Shown here: piece after piece, positions 1-13,847 of the stretch
How positions within the stretch are numbered: position 1 is the first letter of the stretch
Layout of the letters: every line of letters starts with the position of its first letter
Assembly: GCA_002269645.1 (NCBI GenBank)
Contig: NIVC01002768.1
Coordinates: 78,180 to 142,179, forward strand
Source of the DNA: Macrostomum lignano
Taxonomy: Eukaryota
Direction: 5' to 3'
DNA length: 64,000 nucleotides
Made by a program: the position numbers and the translations under genes
The notes under the pieces: model-generated
Database searches by the model: none
The model's input: only the letters and a program-made list of their open reading frames with translations
What the model was told of the DNA's origin: nothing

Positions 1-215
1 AAAAGAGAGACTGCGAGGTCGACATCAACAATAATAAGACGAGACGAAGTGGGAAGCGAGGAGAGGATCTGGAACAAAGCTTCCACACTTTATCAGCCCG
101 CCCCCCCCCCCTGTTCATCACAGAAACTCTTTTATGTTAGAGAATTTCAAGCCCCATCTTTAGTTTTCATATCTTTGCTCTGACAGGATATCGCAGGAAT
201 CTTCCTCCCAATTCT

Positions 216-1375
216 TTCACTCTAGCACCTGCCATCCTCATACTGTCACTCTAGCACCTGCCATCCTCATACTGTCACTCTAGCACCTGCCATCCTCATA
301 CTGTCACTCTAGCACCTGCCATCCTCACACTGTCACTCTAGCACCTGCCATCCTCACACTGTCACTCTAGCACCTGCCATCCTCATACTGTCACTCTAGC
401 ACCTGCCATCCTCATACTGTCACTCTAGCACCTGCCATCCTCATACTGTCACTCTAGCACCTGCCATCCTCATACTGTCACTCTAGCACCTGCCATCCTC
501 ATACTGTCACTCTAGCACCTGCCATCCTCATACTGTCACTCTAGCACCTGCCATCCTCATACTGTCACTCTAGCACCTGCCATCCTCATACTGTCACTCT
601 AGCACCTGCCATCCTCATACTGTCACTCTAGCACCTGCCATCCTCATACTGTCACTCTAGCACCTGCCATCCTCACACTGTCATTTTCACACTGTCACTC
701 ACACTGTCACTCTAGCACCTGCCATCCTCACACTGTCATTTTCACACTGTCACTCACACTGTCACTCTAGCACCTGCCATCCTCACACTGTCATTTTCAC
801 ACTGTCACTCACACTGTCACTCTAGCACGTGCCATCCTCACACTGTCATTTTCACACTTTCACTCACACTGTCACTCTAGCACCTGCCATCCTCATACTG
901 TCAATTTCACACTGTCACTCACACTGTCATTTTCACACTGTCACTCTCACACTGTCATCCTCACACTGTCACTCTCACACTGTCATCCTCACACTGTCAT
1001 CCTCACACTGTCACTCTCACACTGTCATCCTCACACTGACACTCTCACACTGTCATCCTCACACTGTCACTCTCACATTGTCATCCTCACACTGTCATTT
1101 TCACACTTTCACTCACACTGTCACTCTAGCACCTGCCATCCTCATACTGTCAATTTCACACTGTCACTCACACTGTCATTTTCACACTGTCACTCTCACA
1201 CTGTCATCCTCACACTGTCACTCTCACACTGTCATCCTCACACTGTCATCCTCACACTGTCACTCTCACACTGTCATCCTCACACTGTCATCCTCACACT
1301 GACACTCTCACACTGTCATCCTCACACTGTCACTCTCACACTGTCATTTTCACACTGACACTCTCACACTGACAC
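216..1375. repeat. 29-bp minisatellite decaying into shorter CACACTGTCA-type variants
   Basis: Unit TACTGTCACTCTAGCACCTGCCATCCTCA is repeated near-perfectly to about 680, then degenerates. Explains the His/Ser/Thr ORF 829..1302. Confidence 0.95.
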
Positions 1376-1599
1376 CCCAGCACTGCTATCCTCGCATTGC
1401 CACTCTCCTAATCTCTCTCTTACTTAAACAACAATCTTAACGAGGCACTGAAACATAAAGTTCAAGGATCCACAATCAAAACATTTAATTCAGCGGCTGT
1501 CAAAATTAAAATTTTATAAACTTCACCGAGGGTTAAAACGGAAATGATTGACAGTAAATTTGGAACTAAAGGCTGTGGGAGACATGGGGACTGAGGACT

Positions 1600-1775
1600 A
1601 ACATCCTCTGACTGTCACGCCCAGAAGCCCCTGGTTCGATTCCGCGCATCAACTTGAGGCTCTGTGCACAAAAATTTGGCCCGGAGGCCCGGATTCAAGC
1701 CAACGATGGCCAGATTCCCAAGGCACAGAGAGCGCTCATGCCTGAGGATGTACACCTAGTGTGGGTGCTCAGGGG
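1600..1775 (+). mobile_element. tRNA-derived SINE copy (degenerate)
   Basis: B-box GGTTCGATTCC at 1633-1643, then CCCAAGGCACAGAGAG...CATGCCTGA shared with the copies at 27.3 kb and 49.9 kb. Confidence 0.6.
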
Positions 1776-2041
1776 TCCCTCTCTGATTCTGACTGTCCTG
1801 ACTGCGCCAGGATTTCCCAAAGCCCCCAAATCCGAGAACTCATAAACTGGCCTTATCTTTGGAGCAGAAGCATTCCGACTGTAAAAAGACTAAAGTTGCG
1901 ATGAGAGGCCTTTATGCAGCTTTCCCTGATAAGAGAATCTGGAGTGAGGGGGGGGGGCACTCCAGCATGAAATGGAGAGAGAGAATAATAAAGAATGGCA
2001 ATAATGGAAGTACGCTAGCGGGAGAAAAGAGAGCAAGGATG

Positions 2042-2076
<35 letters not shown>

Positions 2077-2984
2077 ATAAACTGCAGACCGCGGGTCCTC
2101 TTTATCCCAAATCTCATCCTACTTAGCGGAGAAAAGGGGAAACGGGTGAATCTGGCAGTACCAACTCTTCATGCACACAGTGCAGCCTGACTGTGTCTGC
2201 GCTAGCCGTTCGCTCAAGCACGCTGACTTGTTGGCGTTTGAGTCCAAGTGGATGGGGGGGGGAGAAAGCCGGTGGAGGAGAAGGGATCAGCGACTGTGAT
2301 AACGAATTGAAACTGGGGCAGCGGGGAGCCAGATTTGTGCCAGTGCCAGCAGAACTGATGGGGCGGCGGCTTGGCTGCCTGCCAGCCCGGGGGGGGGGGT
2401 TGGCGGGGCGAGGTTTTTTCACTAATAACACAGAAGGACCCTGGGAACAGAGCTCGGCTTAGGAGCTGTGAGTCATCAACTAGCCCGCGCTTAGTTTTAG
2501 AGGGATTTAGGAGCGGGTGCTGGGGTGCAGAAGCGGTAGGGAATTTGGATAGGTAGAAAGCAGTCTTGTCTGGAGAGAGCGGGGGGCGAGAGAGAGAGAG
2601 AGCGAGAGTGTAAGTTGCGGTTTTGGCCTGACCAGCAAGTATTCCTTTCGGCACTGCTAGGAATGCCATACTTTTTCAAGAGCCGCGGCCACGTCCGTGA
2701 AGGCACGCATTGACCAGGGCTTGAATGTGGAGTTGGAGGATTTTACTTTCCATTCAAGCAAGCAATTGCGCGTCTTTTAATTCTGTACTGTTTTCAGAAT
2801 TTCGGTTAAGCAATAATTTGTTTGCCTGTGCAAACAGTGCATCTGTATGTAGGCTGTGCACTTTTGTCTTGATTGTGCAGCCGCTTGCACCTAAGGTAGC
2901 TGTGTGTAGAGCACGAATACCTCCGAAAAATTCAATTCGCGAAACCAGCAAATGGACTTTGAAAAACAAAACCACTTTGACAGA

Positions 2985-3885
2985 GTGTTACAGAGACACC
3001 TGAAAGATTTGAGAGTGACTGCGAAGACACCTGAGGGTGCTGAAAGTGACTGCAGACACCTGGAGGTGCGGAGAGTGACTGCAGAGACACCTGAAGTATA
3101 GAAGAGTGACTAAAGAGATACTTGAAGGTGCGGAGAGTAACTAGAGACACCTGAAAGTAGGTATAGTTACTTCAGAGACACCTGAAGAAGTGGAGAGTAA
3201 CTAAGGAGACACCTGAACGTGCGGAATAGTGACTACAGAGACATCTGAAGGATCAGAGAGTAACTACAGAGACACCTGAAGGATCAGAGAGTGACTACAG
3301 AGACACCTGAAGGATCAGAGAGAGATTACAGAGACACCTGAAGGATCAGAGAGTGACTACAGAGACACCTGAATGATCAGAGAGTGACTACAGAGACACC
3401 TGAAGGATCAGAGAGTGAGTGACTACAGAGACACCTGAAGGATCAGAGAGTGACTACAGAGACACCTGAAGGATCAGAGAGTGAGTGACTACAGAGACAC
3501 CTGAAGGATCAGAGAGTGATTACAGAGACACCTGAGGTGCAGAGAGTAACTACAGAGACACCTGAAGGATCAGAGAGTGATTACAGAGACACCTGAAGGA
3601 TCAGAGAGTGACTACAGACACCTGAAGGATCAGAGAGTGACTACAGAGACACCTGAAGGATCAGAGAGTGACTACAGAGACACCTGAAGGATCAGAGAGT
3701 GACTACAGAGACACCTGAGGTGCAGAGAGTAACTACAGAGACACCTGAAGGATCAGAGAGTGATTACAGAGACACCTGAAGGATCAGAGAGTGATTACAG
3801 AGACACCTGAAGGATCAGAGAGTGACTACAGAGACACCTGAAGGATCAGAGAGTGACTACAGAGACACCTGAGGTGCAGAGATTG
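2985..3885. repeat. 31-bp minisatellite
   Basis: Unit GAGACACCTGAAGGATCAGAGAGTGACTACA, with degenerate copies at the 5' end. Confidence 0.95.
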
Positions 3886-6800
3886 ACTGCATGCAAAAAG
3901 CGCAAAATGATTTGACAATGCCCTTACCGGATGAGGATGCAGCTGTGAAGGCAGTTAGCGCTAGTGCACCATTCACTGCCGGGCTATACGGATGAAAGGA
4001 AGCCGATTCGCAGCTTGGATGATTGAAGCCTCGAATGTCTGACATAATGATCCTTTCCGGACTGTCCCGGTTGTCAGGTTAGTTGGGCAAGTTATGACAA
4101 TGATTTCAAATCTCGGAGTGCTTCTGCAGTTCAAACAGCTTATTTCAGAACATCTGGAATGTGCAGCAAAGTATTGTATATAGTAATTAATAATAGTCAA
4201 CGTCATATGCATGGATAATGTGCATTCTAAAAGTACTCACTGACTCGATGAATGGAAACTATCGATAACCACCCTTTTTATCAACTATATTAGGCATTCA
4301 AATATCGGATAAATCTATTATTTATCAGAAGCGCTGACTGCGCACACAAATGCAAGAGAAAACTTGGACCGACTGCTTGGCAACTGGCTGGGTCGCGAAA
4401 AGAGAGACAGGAGCCGTCCAGCGGCGTGGGTCTCCCCTGCCCATTATCAGTCGCTGATTGGAGGAGGCCCATTCAGCCAAACGACTTGCTTGCTTTTTTA
4501 CTGACACTGTGAGCCCTCCTTCGACTCGATCTGCTAAGCGTTTTACTTCGAGTGTTGTGAGAATTCCTTGCAAGCTGAAGAATTGCTGAAATTATATTCT
4601 ACTAACTTGCGAGGAATTAATACTCCGGGAGCATCCGGGAGGATTTGTGAGGATTTTGAGGGATTATTTTGAGCATGAGCACGAGTCCGCATGCCTTGAT
4701 ATGAGTTACCATAAGCGTGACTGAGCTAAAATTTGCATACTTGACTGCTTTTTCTTCTGGTCTTCAAAACTGAACTCAAGACGGAAAGTTGAGTAATAAA
4801 GTCTTACCTTTCTCCAAGCAGAGAGGTGTCGTCAGCTCTTCTGACTCAATTATTGTCGTTTGGAAAACTCTTATACTTTTCGAAAGCAGCTGTGTAGCCT
4901 GCAATATATATTGTAGCTGTTTAATCGCAAAGGAACAAAGAAACCCTGCCTTCTTGTCCAGTTCCTAGCAAAATTCGTTACTAGTTAGGAGTGATGCGGA
5001 GAGCAAGGAGGGGTGCTATAAAAGCTTTGCAAAACGAACCCTTGGGGTGGTTGGGGCTGGCCTGGTATTGGATAGAGAGACAGGGCAAGAGACCAGAAGG
5101 CCAGAAGCTAACACGCACTAAACAAAGACTTGAATTAGTGTGTCAAAGCTTTCCTTTCTTCTTTATATTCGCATCACCATCTTCTTGGCGCACAACAAAT
5201 TTGGAGAATCGGGTCTGGGGGTGCATGGAACACTAGCCAATGAGAGCGCATCTGGCAGCGTTTCCGGCCCTGGATGTGGGGACTCGGAGGCAATTGATGG
5301 CGCGGTAGGATTTAGCGAGCGCTGGAGGGGGGCAGTGATATAGCGATGACGAATCCCCTGGGGGTTGGCCATGGGGTGTCACAGGATTTTGTTTTATCGG
5401 AAGTAGGAAGTGGAAATGTCTTGCTTTTTTTAAAGCATCCCACAGAATTTCGAAAATGTGATTTTGAAATCCTGCCACGAAAGAGCGTTGTCGTATTGAC
5501 GACCTTGTATTGCACCTGAATTGACTCATGGATTCGGCAACCAGAGCGATTTAATTTTCCTATTTGGAATTCTATGGATTACAGCACTTGGCAAACAGGA
5601 AAAATATGGATGATCTATCTTTCATCACCGCATGGCATGGATTTTGGACAATAGGAAACCCACTAAGGGCTTGTTTATGGGTCAATGCGCGGGCCCGGAG
5701 GTCAGAATTATTTCTTCCTGTTTTACGAGCAGTGTGAGAAATGGCACAATTGCATGTACTTTTATGCTTTACAAATATCACATCTGATTTTAGTATAAAA
5801 CTACTGTAACAGATAGTTGTAGTTGTACGTCTACATGTATTTTGTATCTAGATACCGCGTTTAGGTCTTAGGTGTATTCGTTACATAGAACATGCGTGTA
5901 GTACGTATCAACGTTGAACTTTAGCTTAATGTATTTTCATGATAGCCAAATTAAAATAAGACGTAGGCAACTGATTACAAGCTACCATAAATTTATCTTG
6001 AAAGATGTAAAAGTTCAACGAACTACCATAGGTTCATTATTTTGCTTTCATCAGACTATACTGGCGCAGAATTTCTTCAAGGAAGTGGGCAACTCATAAG
6101 CATACGTGTACAAAAAAACGTGTATGTAACCCAAAATGTGCCACAAATTCAAGATGCACAGTATAGCTTGGCGCCCACACTTTAATTATTTTTCTTTTCC
6201 AGAAGAAAATCGGACTTTGAAATCGATACAAAATCGATTTACAGCTGCATGGCAATGGCAACCAGAAATTATCACAAAGGCAGCAGGGGCGCATCCGGGG
6301 GGGGGGGCAAGGGGCCTGCATGGTCCCTCAGCTTGCCTCGGCCAAAAAAATTGGGCCATACTTTTTTATTGCAAACTTATGCGAGGTCTATTTTCAATAT
6401 TGGGGTGTAGTGCTTGGTATAGCTTGCATCCTCTAAAATTTTCTGGATCCGAGCCTGAAAGCCATTCTGATTCATTTAACTAGTGAATTATTGTATTACA
6501 TGTATATATATTGCACCGATACAGTGAATTTGTGAACTAGTTCAACAGTGGACCACGGAAATATTACTTTTTTAAACAAAGAAACAATTCTAAAACATAT
6601 AATATCTTTGAGAATTATAGTATTTTTTTTTCATATAGAGTTTTCTTAGTTTCTTTTTTTTAAAAATTATTTCTCGAGCATATAGTGATTTTTATTTAAA
6701 TTTCTATTACACTGATTGATTAAAGTTCTTCTAGACTGTAATTAATTAACGCTTGATGAACACTCGAAAGCCTAGGTTATCGCATTGCAGGTTTCTCTTC

Positions 6801-8444
6801 GTTTGCTGGTCTGATTGTATTAGTCATACTCGTAGGTTAGCTTTTAGCTTGCTATTTTTTTTACTTTGTCAAGAAACATAGCAAGCTGACACCTGAGCAG
6901 CCCAATCTAAATAATCTTTGATAAATAGGAAGGCAAAAATCAACATTAAATTAATTTAATTGAACGACGCGTTTTGCACGATACTATTGCTATTAAAATA
7001 ACCTTGTCTATATTTTATTATCAAGTAGTTTACTAGTTAGCTTGTATATTTGAAATTGTACATGTGTAACCCTCCCCATAGTCTTCATCATGCTGGGTGG
7101 GTGCATGCCCAAACAAAAATTAAATTGTTGCAAATGCATGCAAAAAAATTTAAGTGCATACCCATACTCTCAAATCTAGGTTAATATTGCAACAATAAAA
7201 TGACCTTTTTGTGTTGCAATTGCAACAGTAAATGACCTTTCTTGCATTGTATAAAGGACCCTTTTTGGCTGATAATTTAGTTGATTATTTTTCTTTCCTA
7301 TTTTTATTATTTTAGAAAAAACTATTTTATTAGACCTATTATGCATGCCAACTGTGCATGTCCCACATTCTGGATCATGTAGTATATGCCCAAAAATATG
7401 GGCCTGTATTGGCCTTGTATACCAAAAGTTAGGTGTTCAAAGTTGGTATACTGTGTATGACTCCTAAGAAAATAGTATGCATATACACCTAGTGTTTATT
7501 TTTCAACCTACTTTGGCAAAAGAATTTTTGGCAAAAGTCAATAATGGCAAAAAATACTCTTGCAATGACCATTTCATCTAAAGCTGACCATTTTGGTGAA
7601 AAATTTATTCCAAGCTTTGCTGAAAAGCTTTTTTATTTTAAAAGAAAGTTAAAAAGTAAAACAACAAACTTTATAAAGATTAATTTTATCATGGCATGTT
7701 TTTGTTTTGTCGCAGTTTAATTTAGTTGTTTTATTAGATGCCCTTCCATTACAGCAGAATTTCAAAGTACAATTTTAAAAGCCTGGATAATCTAAAAAAC
7801 CTCATCATCATCATCACTAGCTAATCTATTGACTGCATATCAATAGATCCCATGTACATAAAATAGCTACAAGCTAAGTCATGAGTCTTTTAATTTTCTA
7901 ACTGTAAATAATTTGCAGCAATGGACCATTTATTAAAAGCTTCAATCACCAAAGTGGTATATTTGCAATATATATGTAGCCCATGTTTTTGCCAAACTGG
8001 TCACTTTCTTTCGCTGAAATGTACATCTATTGAAACTTAAAATTCAATTTCGCCAAAGCGTCTTTCGCCGAAAGTTCCTTTGCCAAAATGGGCTGCACCC
8101 ATTTATTTCATAGAAAAATCATAAGTAGAAAAGTTAATTATTAAGTAGAAAAATTAAAAAGTTATTTTTAAGCATAAATTTCAAGTATTCTATTTAAGCT
8201 TATTTAATGATGCATTGAAACCATGTTTATATGTATCAATTCTTTTACTATAAATAGTATAGACAGAAAAGATAAATAACTAACCAAATTATCAACCAAA
8301 AAGGTTCTTTACACAATGCAAAAAGTAATTTATTATTGCAATCTGGCCTATATTTGAAAGTGTAAATATGCACTTATTTTTTAGTATGTATTTGTATCTG
8401 TATTTGTAAAGTATATATAAGAAATATTGTATATAGATAGGGAG

Positions 8445-8735
8445 CACCCCAACTGCCAGCCAGAAAATTGCCAGCCAACAATTGCCAGCCGACAACTGCC
8501 AGCCAACAATTGCCAGCCGACAACTGCCAGTCGACAACTGCCAGCCGACAATTGCCAGCCGACAATTGCCAGCCAAGAAAACTTCCAGCCGGAAAACTGC
8601 TAGCCAACAACTGCCAGTTGACAATTGCCAGTCAACAATTGCCAGCCGAGAAAACTGCCAGCTGGAAAACTGCCAGCTGACAACTGCCAGCCAAGAAATC
8701 TGCCAGCTGACAACTGCCAGCCGACAAGTTCTAGC
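8445..8735. repeat. ~15-bp minisatellite
   Basis: GCCAGCCGACAACT/ATT units. Explains the four overlapping ORFs at 8292-8742. Confidence 0.9.
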
Positions 8736-10474
8736 TAATTGAATCTACTGTAGCCTACTTATTAGCTAAGTAAAAAGCACGAAACTGTTTGGCTAGCAAA
8801 AGGCTTGTGGGGTAGCCTTAAATGTTGCCCTTCCCTTCCCTAATTTTTTCAGATTTCCATTAGAAAAATTAAAAAATTAGAAAAATTGAATAATTACAAA
8901 TGTACATCAAAAAATGTAGTGCACTCCCATTTTTAAAAATATGCTAGTGTTGCGACAATAAAAGACCTTTTTACGTTGTGACAAATAAAATACCTTTTTT
9001 AAAATTATGTAATAGACCCTTATTACCAGATAATTTGGTTGCTTTTTATGCTTTTTTGGTGATACTATTTATAGCAAAAAATTTATACATGCAAAGATTT
9101 GTTTAAATGCTCTTTCACAAGCTTAAAAAAACTGGAAAGCTTGAAATTTGCACTTAAAATGAACTTTTTTTCATCTTTTTTCAACTTTAAAATATTTCTT
9201 ATGCATGATTTTATAAAGTGCATACCAGGTGTGCACGCATACTATTTTCTCAGGAGTGATGCACGCCAACTGTGTATGCCTAATTTTGGTGTGCGAGGCC
9301 AATGCATGCCAGAATTTTTGGGCATATATTACATGATCCGGAGTGTGATATTATTAGCCTAATACAAAATGCCTTCTGACTTAATTAGTACCAAGTTGCA
9401 TATTTTAAATAAGCATTTTTGCAATTTACTTAGCTTGGCTAGGTTTTTTTCCTATGTTTAAAAAACTAATTTCAAGTTTATATTTACTTTTAGTACTAAG
9501 GTAATAGTACTAATAAGGTATATCTTGGAAAAAGGAAAATTTTAGCATAAACTAGCTTTATAGCTAGTATTAGTATATATTTTATCACAATCACTTTGTT
9601 ATACATATAATGTTACTATATTAGTATATACTAGTACATTAGGCCTCCCATAGGGGGCATTTAAATAAAAAATTTAAATATTGAAAGCATTAAAAACAAT
9701 GTTTTTTTCAAATATTGTATATATCAATCTGCCAAATAAATCTGAACTAGTTGGGCCCATTAGCTACTAAACCCATTTGCAACTAAACTACCCTTTATAT
9801 GTTGTAAAATAATAAACAAGATCAAATCCATACATGCGCAACCCCCCTGATTTACACTGGCCGTGCTACTTATTTTTTGACCAAAAATGTGACTTACCTG
9901 TGAAAAAAACTAAAAAAATTAACACAGTTTTTGGTAAACGGCAGGAGTAACCTTGACTGTCTTATTAGGTCGAAATGCCTCAGCATCTAATTAGTATTAC
10001 GTCCGTATTCTTTGTGGTGGCATTTTTGCGACTTACCCTGCTCCACCACAATTTATGGTGACCAGATCGGCCAGGTCGGCCAGCAGTTGCGCATGTATGA
10101 CAAATCAGTTTAAGGGGTTGACACATCAGGCCAGTTTTATAATCTCCTACTCTCTTTTATCAATCATCTATCAGACTGGTTGTAAACAATTAAATTCAGT
10201 CAATGCCACAATTAAATTTGAATTGAATTTTCTGCTGTAATGTACACCTTCCTGAGTGCAGGAAGTCCTTAGGCAAACTAAAAGCCTTGTTGGGTAAAAA
10301 ACGATCTTTTTTGGCAAAGGCTATATTATTTAACTCTTGAAGCTATGGTGTATACCATGTGCCCCACGCTGTTGTTTAGTATTTTTATCACTAATTAAAA
10401 TTTGATTGAATTCAATTGAAGATAAAATGGTAAGTTGGTAACCATTATTCCATAACTTCAGATCTAGAACTTTC

Positions 10475-12697
10475 ATGGAATGTCAGTCTGGCGACCAATT
10501 CTCAATGGTTCAGAGACTTTTGCTGGATAAGCCAGCCATGATTCAGAGTCTGCTGCTGCGTTATCAACAAGTGATGGGAAATTTTTTTACTAGAGATTTG
10601 CGGAGCATCTTAAATGAGTGTATAGTTTCTGAGCGATTAGATTTGCTATACCAGGTGGATGTTGACGACGAAAGTAATCGACTTCTACTGCTGCAGCCAA
10701 GGATTGGCTTGAACGCGTTTGTTAAAGACTTTCATAACCGCGTTCTTAAATACTTTGACCAGGCAATGCCTTTGTGCTGTTCTAGCATTGGGGATATTGG
10801 AGATCGCCTTAATCTAGCAATGGAGGATAGAAAGTTGTGCTTTGAGCTTGAGTTCAAGCGATTTCTTTCCGACCAAGGCTATTCCTTTCTACTTGCCGTC
10901 AGAGAACTTCTAGACTACGAGGCTTCGCTTCTAAAATATGCTGCCTCTTCAGGCACAACTTCCACTTCAAGACAAATCACACTGTTAAAGAGGAAATTAT
11001 CGTGTGACTCTGTATCCGAGAAGAGCATTGTTCTGACTAAATTCGCTAAGCAAGTTGGGCACGCTCCGAATCGAATGAAAGATATTGAAGCTGCCTTGAA
11101 AACTTTTAAAGACAGCGAATTCTTGCGTCCTGAATCGATTAGTCCTGCACTGGAGGCAATGACGGAATTAGCTTCCTGCTTCTCTAGTTCGTTTAAGAGA
11201 GATCTCATCAATGATGAAATAAAGAATTCTGAATTAAATTCCTTAGCAGTGACAATCAATGGGTTCGAAAAGCTCCAAAGAGCCAGTCATGTTCTACAAA
11301 ACGAAAATGCTTTTAAAGAAAAGGCAAGACAGCTTTTTTATAGATCCTTTTTCGTGTCGACCCAATCGTGCCAAGTAATTCGCGAAAAGAAGCACGTTAA
11401 GTTCGAAGTGCAGCTCCTTCTTGGTGATTTCTTTAGTCAATACTTTCAATTCGAGAACCTAGGCATCGACGCGGTGCTTTTAAATGAAGAAGCAGTAAAA
11501 AACTTGGAGAATAGGCCTGTTAGTGACAACTGGGATCAGCTAAGCGACGCCAATAAAATAATCTTCCATGAGAAGAATAGTCTGCAGTTGACACGCGGCA
11601 ACAAATTCTCGATCAAACTATCATTGCAAGTTGCTAAGCTACCTACGCGAAAAAATCCCGTTTGGGCTCAAAAATTTGTTTTCTGCTTTCGAGCTCAAAG
11701 CAGCGATTCGTTTTCCACGTTTTGCCAGTCTCGCCCTGTGACATTCATCACGAACGACAACCAGAGAATGGAATCTTCGGCGTGCATTGCTTACGAGAAC
11801 ATGTTTCCTCTGCCCGTTCGTCTCGGCTTTGATGTGTATGACTCAATAACTGCCGAGCAATGCGTTGAATTGATTGACTGTTACTTTTTCGACGAGATAA
11901 AGTCGAATGGATTTGAGGGGCACAATCGGTCATACTTTCTAAAGAAGTGTAGCGAGCTGATGCAGAAGACAGGCAAGGCTAATAGAATTACGTTCGAAGA
12001 TCTTATCAAGGTGCAATTCATTGGAGAGGTCAAGCCCAAGTCGCTATGGGATTTTGTGTACACGTGCGTCAAGTTCATTAAGGATCATGGCCATAGCATG
12101 TGGATGAAAGGTCTAATTTTTGGATTTATCACCAAGTCGGAAGCTATCAATACTATCAAGCGTTACATTAAAAGCGAGTCAAATAAAACAGATTTCGCTC
12201 TGTTAAGGTTCTCTGAGACAACAGCAACCGTAACAGTTTGCTATTCAGCTTCAACTACAGACGGGTGCACCCCAGGCAATTCTACTTGCAGAATCGAGAA
12301 TCGGTGCCCCAAGAATGAAAGCTATTTTAGCTCAACGGCGCTCGCCAAATTCTGTGACGATCCGCTGTCTACACAGACTTTAATTGTTACTCGCTCAGGC
12401 TCCCTTGAGAACTCTAGTATGTTGCGCGACATGATTCCGATCGAAGACAATGTTCCAGGTTATGTACCTCTGCGTAGACGGGGCACTTCCGGATCGCCTG
12501 AAAATCTGAGCGAACTGGCTAGCTCTATTGCTAGTGTGTCCGTCTGCAGTCCAATTGGCTCTGATCTCTCACTCATGTCTCCGTCTGTGACGAGCGAGTG
12601 CTCGCAGCAGCAGCAGCAGCATTCTAACCCAATTACCGACTCTAACAATCCGATTCCGCATGATGTAATGGAGTTAGTTTTTGATTATCAAAAGTAG
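10475..12697 (+). CDS. STAT: STAT family transcription factor (STAT5-like), 740 aa, intronless CDS
   Basis: N-domain-like GNFFTRDLRSILNECI; DNA-binding-domain start SFFVSTQSCQVIREKKHVKFEVQLLLG; SRPVTFITNDNQ...IAYENMF; linker/SH2 SLWDFV...WMKGLIFGFITKSEA...FALLRFSE with the phosphotyrosine-binding Arg; C-terminal PGYVP tyrosine motif; Ser/Gln-rich tail. Confidence 0.92.
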   Translation: MECQSGDQFSMVQRLLLDKPAMIQSLLLRYQQVMGNFFTRDLRSILNECIVSERLDLLYQVDVDDESNRLLLLQPRIGLNAFVKDFHNRVLKYFDQAMPLCCSSIGDIGDRLNLAMEDRKLCFELEFKRFLSDQGYSFLLAVRELLDYEASLLKYAASSGTTSTSRQITLLKRKLSCDSVSEKSIVLTKFAKQVGHAPNRMKDIEAALKTFKDSEFLRPESISPALEAMTELASCFSSSFKRDLINDEIKNSELNSLAVTINGFEKLQRASHVLQNENAFKEKARQLFYRSFFVSTQSCQVIREKKHVKFEVQLLLGDFFSQYFQFENLGIDAVLLNEEAVKNLENRPVSDNWDQLSDANKIIFHEKNSLQLTRGNKFSIKLSLQVAKLPTRKNPVWAQKFVFCFRAQSSDSFSTFCQSRPVTFITNDNQRMESSACIAYENMFPLPVRLGFDVYDSITAEQCVELIDCYFFDEIKSNGFEGHNRSYFLKKCSELMQKTGKANRITFEDLIKVQFIGEVKPKSLWDFVYTCVKFIKDHGHSMWMKGLIFGFITKSEAINTIKRYIKSESNKTDFALLRFSETTATVTVCYSASTTDGCTPGNSTCRIENRCPKNESYFSSTALAKFCDDPLSTQTLIVTRSGSLENSSMLRDMIPIEDNVPGYVPLRRRGTSGSPENLSELASSIASVSVCSPIGSDLSLMSPSVTSECSQQQQQHSNPITDSNNPIPHDVMELVFDYQK

Positions 12698-13847
12698 AAG
12701 TAGTTTCTTCGAGGTTTAGCCCGTTATTTTTTCCGTTGCCTTTTTTGCCGAAGCTGGACCGTGCTTTTGAAGATTTGAAGGCTTGATTGCCGAAATCGCT
12801 TCCGGGGCCCTTATTTGTGTTGCTATGTTGCTACACTGAAATAATACGACTAGTAACAAACTTAATGCGCCAGTTTGTGTTAATAGCACAGATAATACAC
12901 AACTAGAATGGTCATTCTTCACTATTCACTGTGTCCATGCGTGTGACTACTTCTACTTTTAGAACGGTAGTAGAATCTGCATCTGAAAAGATAAATTTGG
13001 CAGTAAAAATCGTGTCCGCAAATGCATTGAATTGGAGTTTATGCATGTCGGTCTGCTAAAATAGATTGCCCTAGCCGAAAGTTTCAATAAACGCAGGCCA
13101 CTTCTTTTAAGGTAATTGTTATTTAGGATTTAAATCATAGCTTAGCCGTTTTAAAATTTATTAACGTTAAGTAGTGTGATAGCTTTTAATGCCTCTGCAC
13201 TAATATTGATTTCTTTATGTTACTTTATAACGGTTGACAAAAGCAAAATGCTTGGTTAGCTACTTGAAGTAAAAGTAGTGCACGAGTCAATTAGTCAAAT
13301 GACCAATCTAGTTATATATTATCTGTGTTTTTTAGTCGTGTTATAATGCATTGGTTATTGTTTAATATGTTATTTGCTTGTACGTTTCCCGACTAAAATC
13401 AGTTTGTCTTTTGTGATCATTCATTATTGTAAATCTTGCTATTATGATTCTTAGTCTAAAACAATTTTGTGCCTGTGAAAATTTGCTCAAAGCGATTTGT
13501 TTGCTACGTTTAATGCCAAATACGATGCTTGTATAACTCAGTTACTAAGCAATAAAACCATTACAATATCTTAAATGTGTATTTGTTTTCTTTGATTATT
13601 TTGTGTTGCGTTCTCATCTAACTAGTACTTACAGTAGTAATAGTACAGTATTGTTGAAGACTTCCGTTTTCTTACAGTTTTTGTATTGTGTAGAGCTTCC
13701 ATTTGGTGCAGGCTATCTGGATAACTTCCGAATTCGAAGCAGTGTTTAGACATTTTTCTTAGAAACAAGATCTTTAGGTAAAAACGCTGGAAATATGGTG
13801 TTTAAACGCACCGTTAATTCATTAATTGCAGCTGACAAACCGGCGCA

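Noticed and set aside
829-1302. His-rich ORF; likewise SGSQK (21116), TDRQ (44211), SHSDNH (44922), MSTLAVR (50784) and FTDARN (60907) ORFs
   Set aside because: Each coincides exactly with a tandem repeat, and several lie within introns of other genes.
2100-5400. Short ORFs and possible exons, including a CTVC...CQIH stretch on the minus strand near 2140-2200 and an open frame at 4330-4505
   Set aside because: No recognisable family and no consistent splice chain.
6286-9900. AT-rich region with diverged internal direct repeats (about 7100-7420 vs 8900-9330) and a possible MITE end at 6286
   Set aside because: No clear second terminus, TSD or coding remnant.
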